DNA of 64,000 nt, taken from the NCBI GenBank assembly GCA_973895155.1, contig OZ316896.1, forward strand, positions 6,624,166 to 6,688,165. The letters are read 5' to 3'. Origin of the DNA: Marsupella aquatica (taxonomy: Eukaryota > Plantae > Marchantiophyta). Positions 35,671 through 49,700 of the stretch are shown piece after piece; the first letter of the stretch is position 1, and each line of letters starts with the position of its first letter. The position numbers and the translations under genes were made by a program. The notes below the pieces were generated by a model. The model saw only the letters and a list, made by a program, of their open reading frames with translations. It was not told the origin of the DNA and searched no databases.

Positions 35671-38600
35671 ATGGCGAATTGCTGTTGTTGGCGTCGTGGA
35701 ATGTGTGTGGTTTATGTGAGACAAATCGTAAACATGTAGTAAAGAATTGGGTGCAGTCATTACGGGCCCCTGTCAGCATCCTGGCTCTGCAAGAAGTTAA
35801 AGCTGAACAATTCCGCCTGGATTTGGCTTTGAGGGCTATCCTCCCTATGTATCAATTCTTCTCGTCGGCTCCTGATGAGGGAAGAGGAGGCACAGCTCTG
35901 CTAGTTCACCCGGAGCTGAAGGTAGTGGCATCGGGACTGTTAAAATTGGGGCGGGCGGTGTGGATTATCCTGGAGATTGATGGAGAAAGGACGGGAGTAG
36001 TATCAATTTACGCACCTAATTCAGCACGACAAAGGGCCGTGCTGTGGTATGACCTCAAGGTGGGGCTCCCAGCGGAGAATTGGATTCTCTGTGGGGACTT
36101 CAACATGACTGAGTTGCAACAGGACTCAACTGGTGGCTCATCTCTTATCGGTGGCCGGGAGGCGGAGTTCTGGAGATTTCTTAAAGTTCGGTTTGACATG
36201 GAAGATGTGTACACACTAAGAGGTGGTGCTGTGGGAGCTAAGTTCACATGGAGAAGGAACCGGAATGGAGTTTGGTCGCAGTCCAGACTGGACCGTTTTT
36301 ATATTAGCGGCAAAGGCTGGTGGCTAGGCGAAATTATGGAGTTGCGACATGAGGGGGGTTCTGCATTATTGGATCATGACCCGATTATGCTGTGGGTTCG
36401 GCTGCAAGGAAATTGTACTGATGGGGAGAGAGGTAAAGCAAAGTTTTCAAGGCAAATCCGGCTTTACTTAGGAGGCAGGCCGACGTGGAGCTGCTCGAGT
36501 TGGCCTGGAAGGAGGGGAGGAGAGGATTCATGGATCCTCACCTTCGGTTTGCCAAGGCAAGTATGCAACTAAGAAGTACTTATAAGGCGCTGCAGGCACG
36601 ACCAAAGGAGGCAGAGGAAGAACTGGAGTTCTTAAGGGCAAAATTGCGCGCTCTTAAAAATGCCATTTTGGACTCACAGACTGAGACAGACATTCTGGAT
36701 TACGTGTTAATGGAGGATACTTTGCATTCGACAGAATTTGAAGTGGCGAATAGAGGCCGTAGACTTGCAAGAGTTAAATGGCTGGGAGAAGGAGAGGAAT
36801 CTTCTAAATTCTTTTTTGCCACTATCAGAGCAAAGCAAGCTTGGGAAGCAATGAAGTTGCTGATAAGAGATGATGGAACAGAGATTACAGAACCACGGAT
36901 TATATTGAAGGAAGTACAGCGGATGTGCTCGGCTCTCTACTCTCCTCCTGAAATGACCTGGGACGAGGGAGTGGTGCAAAGGAGGGAACGGTCAAGGATT
37001 CTGCAGAACACGAGGTTTGCACTTTCGAATGGGGCAATGAGGAGAATGGATGCTTTGCCCACAACTAAGGAAGTGAAAGATGTATTATGGATGCTCCCTT
37101 GCGACAAATCACCTGGGCCGGACGGGATGACTGCAGAGGTGTACCGTGCTTGTTGGGACTTTATTGGAGAAGATCTGGTAGAGATGATTCAAGCATTCTG
37201 GCTTACTGGGGAGCTGGACAGGGGGATCAAGGAGGGGATCATCAAGCTGATTCCGAAAAAACCTGATAAACGACTCCTTAAAGACTGGCGACCGCTCACG
37301 ATGCTCAACACGGTATACAAGATCATTGCCAAGATCTTGGCTTTGCGGCTGAAGCCTCTATTGAACCAGATGATCAGCCCGCAGCAGACTGGTTTTATCC
37401 CAGGTCGTCATATCCTGGAGAACATTTCACTAGCATGGTTGGCGTGCGATTGGGTGCAGAAGCAGAAGGCTGAATCACTTTTTCTAAAGCTGGACTTTGA
37501 AAAGGCGTTTGATCGAGTTAACCATGAGTATATATGGGAGACTATGCACGTATTGGGCATAAGCAGTCATTTCATTAAGCTTGTACAAGCTCTTCTTTCG
37601 CAAGCTTCATCGAGGGTTCTGGTGAATGGTTATTGCTCTGGGCCGATTGAATTGCTAAGGGGTGTGCATCAAGGCTGTCCTCTATCGCCACTGCTTTTTG
37701 TCATTTCAACCCAACCATTAATGGACTTCCTAGATGCGGAGTTGGCTGCGGGTAGGATGAGTGGTATTGCAATTTCAGAAACATTGACTATCTGTTATCG
37801 TCTGTTTGCGGATGATGTGGGTATGTTTATTCCTGCCTCAGAGCAGGCTTTCAAGGAGGCCACGGTGGCGTTGGCGTGCTATGAGACGGCCTCTGGAGCC
37901 CGGTTGAACCTGCGTATATCTGTGGTGATCCCGCTGGCTCTTAATGTCACGGAGGCTGCTGGAAGTTGGATGTCACATTTGCCAGAGAGGGGAGATACAA
38001 AAGTACCTTGGGGCCCCCATTGGTGTGGGTTTGAGGATGGAGCAACTTCACAAATTCTGTCTGGATAAAGTGAGTGGTCGGCTAGCATCTTGGACTAACA
38101 AGCTACTCTCATTTACAGGGAGGACCTTATTAGTAAAACATGTGTTGCAAGCAATCCCAATTTATCACGTCATGCATTTCAAAGCTTCAGCCGAGTTGGC
38201 AATGAAACTGAGTGCTCTCAGTCGCAACTTCTTGTGGGGTTATAATCCTGCTGGAGGGAGGAAAATTCCGTTGGTTGCTTGGGCAAAGATGTCTCTGCCA
38301 AAGGTCGAAGGTGGCCTGGGCTTTAAAGACTTTAAGAGCCACTCAGATGCTCTTTTGTCACAGTGGTTTATTAAAGCTCTGAATTCCCCTGATCTGGAAT
38401 GTAGCAATGCGTGCTGCAAACCTCTCCTTAATGGGCTGGTTGAATTACAAAGTCATACGCAGGAATCAGTATTCGCTCAAGGATAAGCTTTTGCTGTGTT
38501 CTCCCCGCACCGGAGGTGGTCTTTCATATACCGCTGGTCTGTGGAAGGCCTGGGAGCAGGTGAGAGCACATCTCTCGTTCGAACCTGGGATGTGGGGTAT

Positions 38601-39588
38601 TCCAGGGCGCTGGAGCATTCAGGATACCCTGAGATGCATTACAGAGTTTAACTCGCTGCCAAACAAGGATATATTAGGGATCACTGCCATTTGTGGCAGG
38701 CTGGGCTTGAGAAGTATTAGGGATGGATGGTGTACGGAGAGTGTTGGTTGGAAGGAGATGCCCTTGCGGTGGCATCAAATGAGGGGTTTCTCTGAGGAGC
38801 AACGCGGTTTGACTAAGGCATTTTTGGCGAAGATCTAGGCGTCTGGCTCTTGTACCCTGAACCTGGACCCTGGGGCTCGGAGGTGGAGATGGGCTGATAA
38901 GGTTGGGCCCCTGAAGAACTTTGATATTGCAAATTGCAGGGTGTATGAGTTTCTTAGACCATCTGTGTCATTCTATGAGCGTCTGAACTGTATCTGGTCA
39001 TCGAATGGGACTGAGATGGAGTGGAATAAGAGATGGAGTCAGCTGTGGAGGTCCGATCTCTCTTGCAGGGCCAAGACCTTCATATGGAGGGTGATTGTTG
39101 GGGGTCTGTTCACGGGTGAGAGGGCTCTTAGAATTAAAGCTAGTAACGGCGAATGCAAGTATTGCAGTGGGCTGCTGGAGTCGATGCCACATCTGTTTGT
39201 TCAATGCAAGTTTGCTATCAGGTGCTGGCAGATGTATAGGGATGTGCTTGAGACTCTGCGGGTGCCTTTCGGTGTTGGTCTATTGCCCCTGTTGGATGAT
39301 TCCTTGGGGAAGGAAGTTACTCATTTTGTGAAGCTGTTTATGCTTTACCAAATGTTGTGGATGATTTGGAGGGCCCGTAATGATCATATGTTCCAGGCCG
39401 GTGCTGGTAGGAAATTTGATTTTGGTTTGGTGCTCACTGAGACAGCAGATCACTTGTTTGCTGTGGGCTGCCATTTTCCGCTTGGCAGGCGTCATGCCCG
39501 GGTGAGCCGGGCCCGCGAATGGCTTGCTTTTCATCGTCAGGATTGGTTTTGGGCTGGTCGGCTTCGCTTTGGTGGTGGCGTGGTGTGA
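35671..39588 (+). pseudogene. L1 ORF2 (APE endonuclease, reverse transcriptase, zf-RVT), frameshifted
   Basis: SWNVCGL, LQE, GDFN, SRLDRF, DHDP; KSPGPDG, WRPLTMLN, LDFEKAFD, QGCPLSP, LFADD; CKYC..ESMPHLFVQC. Confidence 0.92.
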
Positions 39589-39822
39589 TGTCTTTTGGCG
39601 TGGTAGTGTCATTGTTAGTTGCTCATTAGTTTTCTTGGGCTCCCAGGGGCCCTGTTGGGGGTGTGGGGCTGCTGGGGTGTGTTGGCCCCGGACTGTTGCC
39701 CCTGCTATGTTGTTAGGTTCTGGCTGCATTGGCCTTTGTTGTCCCCCCCTATCCGTGGGGTTTCACGGTATTAAAATTTATAAAAAATCCATTCCAAGGA
39801 AAGATTTGCAATCATGGGGACT

Positions 39823-42800
39823 GAGATGAATCCAACTGACATAGAAAGATTTTCATCTTTGGTTGTTGCATACAAGTTACATAGAATGAAGGAGAAGGAG
39901 ATGGAGGAGAACAAGAAGAAAGAGTTGCTTGGAAGAACCACAAAGTATTTATACTCGATTCTTACTAATCAAGGAGAGTTTGATGGGCGGAATGCGACAA
40001 GGTATCTCAAGAGATACTGGATAGAGGCTACAATTTGCAAGATTGATGTTGAGGTAGTAGTCAAGGAGTTTGCATCTTTGGTGGAACTTGAACTCAAGGA
40101 AATTATTGTTTTCTTGACAAAGAGAGCTATTGGAGAAAAGACATTAAATTTTTTTGAGCTGAGAATGAAAGAAGAATTTCAGCTTAAAGATTCAAATAGG
40201 ATCACCCAAGCATCTTTCCTTGATTGGGTGACTGACAGAAGTAAGAAATTGGGACCTCAAAATTGATGAGGGAGTTTGTCAAGAAGTTCAATCAACTTCT
40301 TGAAATTGGCTTTGAAGTTATCAAGGTGCAGAAGGCTACTCTACTTATTCGAGCTGCTGATGAGAAGCTTCACGATGAGTTGGAGCTTGCTCTTGAATTA
40401 ACGAACCCAAGTCGTGGGACTAATCAGCCAACGTCAGAAGCATGAAAGGAAGAAACTGAGTCATGAAGGTGTTTTGGATACAATAGCACCTGTGACTTCT
40501 ATAAGGAGAGTGGAGAAGGTGGAGTCAACGACCGGTAGGGGTGAGAAGAGTGTGGACAACATGGATGAGTTGTCTGAACTCATGAAGAATCTTACCATTC
40601 TTCCCACCCAAGCTTTGGAACAAGTTGGAGGCAACACATCAAGACCACCATCGAAAGGTAGCAGAGGAGCAGAAAGTTCTATCATAGGGCCAAGAAGTTG
40701 GAATTGCATCTGGTGCGGTAGCAAGGAGCACTTTAGAAGAGTGTGTGGAGCAGTCTGTTGCTCTAAAGAAAAGAATGGCTAAGTTTATTTCAGAGCATGA
40801 TGGCATAAGAAAACTTTCAATCATGATTTGGGTGAGCTTATTCCAGTCAATGCCAACAAAGGTGGCATGAAGGTTCTAGTGGAGAAAAGAATGGTTGAAC
40901 ATCATAACTCAACCATTGCTGTAGCTTATGGGGACAAGGGTGAGCATGAAGCAGATGTATACACTTTGTTTGGGGGTCCTTCTTCAATAGGATCCTCAAA
41001 GACAGAGAAGAAAAGGCTGACAGAGTGTAAGAAAAAAATCAGGATGGAATGATCTTGTTTTGATCTCTGTTTTTACTGTAGAGGTAGGATCTCTATGGGA
41101 TTCTATGGTGGAGGAGAAGAGGAAGTTTGTGGAGCCTTTGGAAGAGCGTGCAAAAGGAAAACAGAAAGTGGATTCTGGACCTTCTACTCCAAGACCATCA
41201 TCTGATGTGCCAATGAGGAGTGTTCAATTTGAAGACAGAGTAGGCACAACAAAAGAGTCTACTTCAATCCCTTCAAAAGAGTTGGAAGTAGTAAAAAAGG
41301 AGAAAGTAGAGAAGAATGGACCTGGTTGGGTACTTGGAAGGGATGTTGAGCAACATATAGAGTATGACCAAGTGGTTGAAAAGTTTTGGAAAGCCACAGT
41401 GAGTGGAGTCACCAATGAGGAGTTTTTTGCTTGCATGAACTCCAAAGCTCAAGATGCTTTACTTGCAAAGGTGAAGCGCGAAAAACATTTATTAGAAAGG
41501 ATCTCATGCGCTGGGAGCAAAGTTTTTTTTCTGATATTGGAGAGGATGGATAATGTTTATTTTCAGCAGCCAATAAAGAGTGTGAAGTGTATCAAGTGAA
41601 TGTAGAGAAGATTCCTAGCTGGACCACAGATGCCAGGGTCTTCAAAGGTGGAGATTCCTAGACCACAGATGTCAGGGTCTTCAAAGGAAGAAATCCTTGG
41701 ACCACAGATGCAAGGTCTTCAAAGGAAGAGATCCTTGGATCACAGATGTAGAATCTTTGAAGGAGATAGTTTCTGAACCAGAGATGTCAAAAGCTAAACT
41801 ATTGGACTTGGAGAGATGGGAGTCATCAAAGGGAGGAATGCTAGAGTTTGGCAAGTCACAAAAAGTGGCAAAAATCATTCAAGAGAAGGTACTCAAGGCT
41901 TCACAAAGTGTGTGGGTCATGTGTGCCTCTACCATGAAGAATCTTGAATTGGGAGATGATCCAAGGAGTCAATCTTGGAACCATTTTGGACAAGAACTTG
42001 CTCAGTGGTGGAAGTAGAGCTTGTGAGGATAAGGGCAAAGCCTGAGCATTGATTGACATTAGATCAGAGGTAAATCTAATGTCAAAAAGTATTTATGATC
42101 TTGGGTCTGTAAACTCAATCAATTGTTCAAAGAATACACTTTGGTGAGGATGCCCAGGATTCCAATGAAGGTTGGCAATATGATTGAGCCAACTAACATC
42201 TTTGTGCATGATAGTTTACCCTATGATTTGATTTTAGGGCAACCTTACATTACTCAAGATCGGTTGAAGTACAAGGTCATACCAGATGGCACTCATATGG
42301 CAAAGGTGAGGAGTCGAGATGATTTGCGGGTTATCCAATTTCTTGTAGTGAAGCCTGGACATTGGAGGAATTGAAAGGAGTTGAGAGGACCTGAATCCAA
42401 AGATGAAAATGAGGATTTCCGAAAGGCATGTCGTTAAGCAATGCGGGGAGGCGGGATGTCATCTCTAATGACCCGTTGGAGACATGGAGTGTAAATAGTT
42501 TCTTGGCAAGCTTATTTGAAGGTGAAAGCTTGCATTGTCGTATTTCTTATGTGAAGGTGTGTGAATCTACTAGAAAATTCAAAAAGAGGGTTGCAAGGAT
42601 TGAGAGAAGTATGCAAAAGCACAGATTGCTAAAGGTAAATGAGGAGATTGATGGCCTTCTAGATGAAGGAGTGGAATTTTTTCTTCAAGAAATAATCAAG
42701 TGTTTTTCAAAGGGAAAAGCTCATGTGGAAATCAATGATGAGTTGTATGGTGAATTATCTCAATTTGTTGAGGTCAACACCAAGTATAAAATAATGGACA

Positions 42801-42976
42801 AGAAAGTCAGACCAATAGCAACTCCTTTGCCTTTAGATAATAAGGAGATTCTGGAGAAGACAAAGAATGAGACCAGTCTTAGAGATCGGACTAAGATTGG
42901 CCATAAGTTCACACAGAAGACATTAGAGACATTTAATCAACTAAGGATTGGTGATGATGGGCTGTTGAATTTTTGA
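39823..42976 (+). mobile_element. Degenerate Ty3/gypsy gag-protease region, truncated before RT
   Basis: FDGRNATRYLKRY, knuckle CIWCGSKEHFRRVC, protease-like ALIDIRSEVNLMS (~42046) and YDLILGQPY, then TKYKIMDKKVRPIATPLP. Many stops and frameshifts. Confidence 0.75.
41610..41748. repeat. ~39-bp tandem repeat, about 4 copies, inside the gypsy remnant
   Basis: gaccacagatg.(c)agggtcttcaaagg..gagat.cct is repeated. Confidence 0.8.
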
Positions 42977-43583
42977 AATATTCTAAGAATATTCTAATTT
43001 TACAGGGGTTAAATTTTTTCTTAAATTTTATGGGGTCCGAGACCCCCTAGAGGTTGAGACACTACTCTCAAACACTCAAATACATCATGCTTAGAGCAGT
43101 AGTTCAAGGACCCCTTGGTTATGTAAGTTTGATATTATTCAACAACTAAGTTGAAACACATGAAGAATTGCTTAGTGGAATAAGCTTGAATATGGAGATA
43201 AGACAACAAACTGAGTAGATTATTCATGGAAGAAGTGTATGCACAACATTCCCTTGATACTGCTATGTCCATAGAGTCCATGCAAAATGCTATAAAAGCC
43301 AAAGTGTTTCTTAATTACATTTATTTGGTATTCTTTTATTCATAGTAGTCAAATGTTTTTTTTATGTTCCCTTGGTGTTCCTTTTCCATAGTAATCAAAT
43401 GATTTCTTACGTTACCTTGGTAAATGTTATAGTAATTGAAGAGTTACTTTCTATCCATGGTTATTCCAAATACTATTAATTAAATAGAAAACTCATACAG
43501 TCAATTGGAAAACATTCATATATTAATCACAACTCATCCAAAGGTTTTTTTTTTACCCCTTTTCACCCTTTTCACCCATTTCT

Positions 43584-43853
43584 TTTGTTTATTTGAAATG
43601 TTATTTTTCAATTTTAAGGTCTAATTATTATTTTTTGACCTGTTTCAAACATACATAATCTTGGTTGTGATTTTTACATAACTTATCATCCTTGTTTGTG
43701 ATCAATAGTGCTGATGTGGTTTGTTTATTTGAAATGTTATTTTTCAATTTTAAGGTCTAATTAATGTTATTGACCTGTTTCAAACATACATAATCTTGGT
43801 TATGCTTTTTACATAACTAATCATCCTTGTTTGTGATCAATAGTGCTCATGTG
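43584..43853. repeat. Tandem duplication, ~136-bp unit x2
   Basis: tttgtttatttgaaatgttatttttcaattttaaggtctaatt...gatcaatagtgct.atgtgg occurs twice. Confidence 0.85.
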
Positions 43854-44551
43854 GTTACACATGCTTCCAGAGATTTTGGAAATAAATTCCCATAGGGTCC
43901 GTAATGAATATCATGTTTTCATTGCTTGCAAATTATACTAAATTATAAAAATGACATCTAAGGAAGGAATTGGATTAGGACTGAAAACTGCGAGAGCTGA
44001 AAGCGCTGACGACTTGTGGATGAGTGCTCACCCTTTTTTCTTTTTTGGGCGTCTGGTGCGTTGGCTTAAGAGGAACTTTGGACTATTGTGTTGCTTCCGT
44101 TTCGGAAGCGGTTTATGAGCAGATTAAGCTTTGCATTGCTAATTTTCCTCGTCTGAGTGGGGAGTTATGTGTTCCTGATCAAGACTAGGGCTTGCGACTA
44201 TTTCTCTTTCTCCAGATCACTGTGATTTGAGGTGTACACGAACTGAGGGAATTACAACAATTCTCACCTCATTCCGCGGCATTGATATTGGATTACACCT
44301 GAAGTTTGCTGCATTAGCACCTGATTCCTGGCATCTTCACTGTGCTATCTTGCTTGGAGCTACTAAGGTCCCGTCCCTGGATTAGCAATCTGGGACTCGA
44401 TTCTGTTCATCAAGATTACAGGAAACTGATTTGTGTGTACGTACGATTGTTCTCAAGCGGTCTTCCCTGGCTTCTCGGTGAGTTACTTCCTTGTCCCGTC
44501 TGTTTAAAGTTTACTATTTTACTTACATTTCGATTATGGCTGACATGAATC

Positions 44552-46720
44552 ATGGACACGGTGCTTATTGACCCCACTCGGATTCCCGGTTTGCTGCCTC
44601 CCAATGAGATGCGGAAGGAGGTGCTGGTTACTAGGCTAACCCTGCATCCCCGAGAAGGATGTCTACCTCTGCGAGAAGTAACTGGGCCGGAGCAAGCACC
44701 TCTGGGGTTAGGTCTTCTGAACATTTCACAGGACAGGATGTTTGGGCTGTGCGCGAGTCTCTGGCGAAGGCCCTGATCGAGCCTTCTGTCTAGGCGCCTG
44801 AGCAAGTGAACTTTGCAACTAACATGCAGAGTTGGTTTGGATTATAACCCTCTAGAGATAATGTAGATGGATTCTCCGCTGGGATGAGGTTACGCATCGC
44901 GAGGAGTTGGAGATGGATGCTTTGGAGAATAAGAATCCGACCCCCTTTAAGGAGCATTACAACGATGATATTGGTGAGCGCACGGAGGTAGACACCCTGA
45001 TGTTGGACCGCCCTGATGGTGGTGCTTTCACCCTGCCGGTCGAAAGGACTCAAGCTGGAATGCGTATCCCTTCTGAATCAGAGCATAAGATTGCGGATGC
45101 TAACCGTTTGGCCAAAGCCGAGGCCTGTATCCCGCTTCTTTGTCGTATTGCTGATCTTTTAGTCCAAGATTGGCCTTCTAAGCTGCACGCGACCATTGAG
45201 TGGTCTCTTGAAGAGGCTGCGGATACTGTCACTGAGCTCTTCAATTGCACAATGATGTGCTACTTCACTGACAAGACTCCCATGCTGCCTACCTTTAAGT
45301 TTTGGGTTAACAAAACCTTTGTGGAAGAAATGCATTGGCCGGTTACTCAGGTGAAATTTGTGGGTAAGAATTTCTATCTGGTAAGCTTTAGAAACCCTGA
45401 ACATCGGGATTTTGCCTTAGCTGGTGCTCCTTGGTTTCTTGAGCGGATATTTGTCTTCACTTTCCCACGGGACCCCTCGTTTGATATTCACAGTGAATCT
45501 TACACGTTGCTCCCGGTCTGGATCGAAATACCCTTTTGTGCATTGGTTCTAGAACCCTGTAGGAGGAAGCTGGGTGCTTCTCTTGGTGACATTCTTCACT
45601 ACATTCAGGGTGACAAATTAAGTTCCTACCCCCATGACAGAGCTTGCGTGTTGTGGGACACACAACGGGAGGTACCTATGAGTGTTGAAGTTTTGATTAA
45701 AGCAGGACTTTCCATTTGGCAACCACTGATTTTCAAGAATATTCCCTTTCACTGCTTCCGCTGTGGTAAGAAAGGACATCTAGCCCGTGGATGTCAAGAA
45801 TTTGATGAGATCACAAACGCAGCTGAAATCCACTTGGCTGATGTTGCCCCTGCTCCTTCTGCTACGAAAATGCCCCTGAGCATGCGGCCCCTGAATTGGT
45901 TCAGCCCTCAACTGCCCTCACACCACTTTGTACTACCTTGCCTGCTCCAACACCTATTCTGGTTAACTTGCCCGTCTCGAATACTCTTACTACTACATAC
46001 TCGGTGCCGTCCACTAGTGCTCCACCTGAAGAACTACTGTTTGGATGCTCTCTGATTCCAACCAGTGCTGAAACAATGGTTACAGCGAGAGAGTTTGGTG
46101 ATTCTATTTTCAGCGTGGACGAGCAGGATGCCGCTGAACTTGTGATTGCGAACAATGAACTTATCCCCGTGGTGATTCAAGAATTGCAAACTGTCTCTCC
46201 ACCCTTGGTCCCTCTAAATTCAGATTCTATCTCCCTTGACATCCACGTCCCTACTGAACCAATTGAGCAACAACCTGAGATTTTTGCTCGCACCACTAGA
46301 GCGAGCGAATCCGAGGAGATGGCTGAGGCTGATGAAGAAAGATCAGCTTCCGATCTACCATCGGATATGGAATTGTCCGAATACAAAGGCATAATCTCCC
46401 GCACTACGGTGAAGAAGGATCATGCTCGGAAATTGGCTAAGCATTCCCCCATGGAAGAAAAAAAAATTAAAAAGAAAGCAAGAATCCAGCGATCTTTACA
46501 TTTTTCTTCTAGTGATAAATTGCAGGACGCTAATGGTTGGACGACGCCTGAGAGGCGGCATTTGCGTGACCCCAAGAAGAGAACCGGGGACTCACCTATG
46601 GAGCACAATAATCAACTTTCTACCTTGGCTTTTCAATCTCCTCTGCAGACGGAAAGTCCGCTGATGGGCCCTGTTGCTACGGCCCTGGTGGCTGCTGGCT
46701 CCCTCCTTCCCATTGAATGA
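44552..46720 (+). pseudogene. L1 ORF1 (DUF4283-like + CCHC knuckle), frameshifted
   Basis: VGKNFYLVSF, GAPWFLE, LPVWIEIP, CFRCGKKGHLARGC. Confidence 0.85.
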
Positions 46721-46789
46721 GGGGGCCCACACTGTGTAGTGTTCCGCTGGACTACTAAGTGGCATGGATTGATGCTTGCAACTTAATTA

Positions 46790-49700
46790 ATGGGGACGCT
46801 ACACTTGGCCTCTTGGAACGTGTGTGGCCTTTGCAATCCTGACCGTAAGAACGTGGTGTTCCAATGGGTGTCTTCTCTCCATCCCTCTTTAGATTTACTA
46901 GCTCTACAAGAGATCAAAGTGGATGGATTTTGGTTGGACTGTGCTCTGCGCACTATCCTGCCTTCTTTTCAATATTTTTACTTGCCTCCTAATGATGGAA
47001 GGGGTGGTTCCGCTATTCTAGTGAATCCTGTCCTTAAAGTGACTGCGTCGGGTTTTTTAGATAAGGGTAGAGCGATCTGGGTGCTGATTGAGCATTGCGA
47101 TGTAAGCTTTGGCCTCCTCTACTTGTATGCCCCTAACACCCCAGGTGAAAGACTCATTCTCTAGGATGATCTGCTGAACCTGCTACCACAAGGGAGATGG
47201 ATCTTCTGCGGGGACTTCAACATGACTGAATGCCGCAGCAACTTGACTGGGTTGTCACCTCTAATTGAAGGCAGGGAATTGGAGTTTTGGCACTTTCTGA
47301 AAACTCGTTTTGATCTCCAAGATGCTATCACCATCTTGGGTCAGGTTTCTGGCGCCCTTTTTACTTGGAGAAGAATCCGGAATGGTCGGATGATCCAATC
47401 GAGGCTGGATTGCTTCTATCTTAGCAAAAAGGGACAATGGATGGAGGAGATCACTGGACTAAAACATGATGGCACATCTGCCCTTTCTGATCATGACTCG
47501 GTGCTGATGTCCTTTTGCTTGAATTCAGGTCTTTCTTCTTTGTCCGTTCTAAAGCGGGCTACTTATTTTAAAGCCAACCCTGTTGTACTGCTGAAATTGG
47601 AGAATCTAGAATGATTGGCTGCTGCCTGGAAAGGCCCTCCTGAGGCGTTTCTTACAGATCCTCATAGGAGATTTGCTGCTGCCTATCAGAGGTTTCGACA
47701 CTGTTACATGGAAACTCAAGCACTGCCTAGGCCTCGAGAAGAAGAGTTGGCCTTTATGAAAGAGAAACTACGTCTTTTAAAAACTGCTATCTTAGATGGC
47801 GATTCTTTGGAATGTATCCAGGATTTTTCCTTCACCGACAATTGTGTCAGGGTGCTTGAACTTGAAGAGGCTCAACATAATAGAAGGCTGTCTCAAATTA
47901 AGTGGCTGGGACAAGGTGATGAGCCATCCAAGTTTTACTTCTCTATTGTAAAGGCTAAACGCTTGAGAGAAAGAATGGAATACTTGCTAACGGAGGATAG
48001 CATTGAGATCCGGGAGGAAGATCTTATCCTTGCTAAAGTGCAATGTTTTTGCGAGGAATTGTATGCTCCAATGGAACGGAATGTTGTTGCATATCATAAA
48101 ATGAGGGAGGTTTGCATGAGACTTTGTGCAAACACACACTTTTCCCCTTTTGTGGCTGAAAATCGGGCGCTGGATGCGCTTCCTTCCATGCGGGAACTTC
48201 ATGACACTTTGTTGTTGTTGCCTTGTGATAAGGCTCCTGGGGTTGATGGAATGACTGCAGAGGTTTTGAGAGCCTGTTGGGATTTCCTGAAAGATGATCT
48301 TTACGCTATGATCTGTGAATTCTGGCAAACTGGGCTTTTTTCCTTTGGTCTTAAGGACGGGGTGATTTGCTTTATTCCTAAAAAGACGGACAAGCGTCGA
48401 TTGAGAGACTGGAGACCACTTACCATGCTGACTATTACCTATAAATTAATTGCCAAGTTACTGGCTTGTAGGTTAAAGAAATTGCTACCCCGAATGATCA
48501 GCCCTCAATAGACTGGATTTATCCCTGGTCGGCACATTCTAGAGAACATTTTGATTGCATGGTTGATGAATGATTGGCTTCATTTCACTGGTACTCCAAC
48601 ACTATTCTTGATGCTGGACTTAGAAGGCTTTTGATCGGGTGGACCATTCCTACATCTGGGAAACAATGCATCTCCTTGGGCTGAGCTCTCACTTCATTTT
48701 CTAGTTTGAGCACTTATCAGCGGTGCCTGTTCAAAAGTTCTGATCAACGGCCTTTGGACTGGGGACATTAACATATCTCGTGGTGTTCGATAGGGTTGCC
48801 CTCTGTCCCCTTTGGTTTTTGCCCTATCAACACAGCCTCCGATGGACTTCTGCCACATTGAAATTGCTGCTAGCAGATTACAGGGAATCCAACTCTCTGC
48901 TTTGTTGAGTCCCTGTCTCTGATTCTTTGTAGATGATCTTGGTTTATTTATCCCTGCTACCAAAGAGGCTTTCCATCAGGCTAGAAATGCTATCAATTTC
49001 TACAAAGAAGCTACCGGTGCCAAGTTGAATCTGGAAAAATCTACTGTGATCCCTATTGCCCTGGAGGTTATCCCTGCCTGGCTTCAAGGCATTGGTTGTA
49101 AAATTAGTGCCCCTGGAGTCTGTGGTGCAACGCTACTTAGGAGCTCCTTTTGGCACTGACCTTTTTGAGGCTCAATTACATTGCTTCTGTCTTGATAGTA
49201 TTGGTTCTCACCTAGCTTCTTGGTCGTCTCATTTTCTTTCCTTTACAGGCCGTGTTCTGTTAGTTAAACATGTGCTTCAGGCTATTCCAGTGTACCACAT
49301 GATGTTTCTAAGATCACCTCTTATTCTGACCAGAAAATTGATAGTATTGAATCGGGTTTTTTTGTGGGGCTCTAATCCGCTTGGTGGGAAGAGGACTCCT
49401 TTGGTGGCCTGGGAGAAGATTGCCAGGCCTAAGTTGGATGGGGGACTTGGTATCAAGGACTTTCAAAGTCACTCTGATGCTCTACTGAGCAAGTGGTTTA
49501 CTGGTGCTCTCGACTGTCATGAATCGGAGTGGGCTAGGATCTTTGCAGAGAATCTCAGGCTCACCAGATGGCTCAACTATAAGACGGTGCGACGCTATGC
49601 TTACTCAATGACAGACAAACTGTTACTTAGATGTACTCCCCGGACCTTTGGCAATCTCAGTTACACTGGACAACTCTGGAAGACTTGGGGGACAGTATGG

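Larger units (their letters stand above)
32836..39787 (+). mobile_element. Full-length degenerate L1-clade LINE (copy 1), nested in a gypsy gag region
   Basis: ORF1 + ORF2 and an A-rich end. Flanking direct repeat GAAAGATTTGCAATCATG(A/G)GGACT at 32812-32835 and 39799-39822. Confidence 0.88.
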
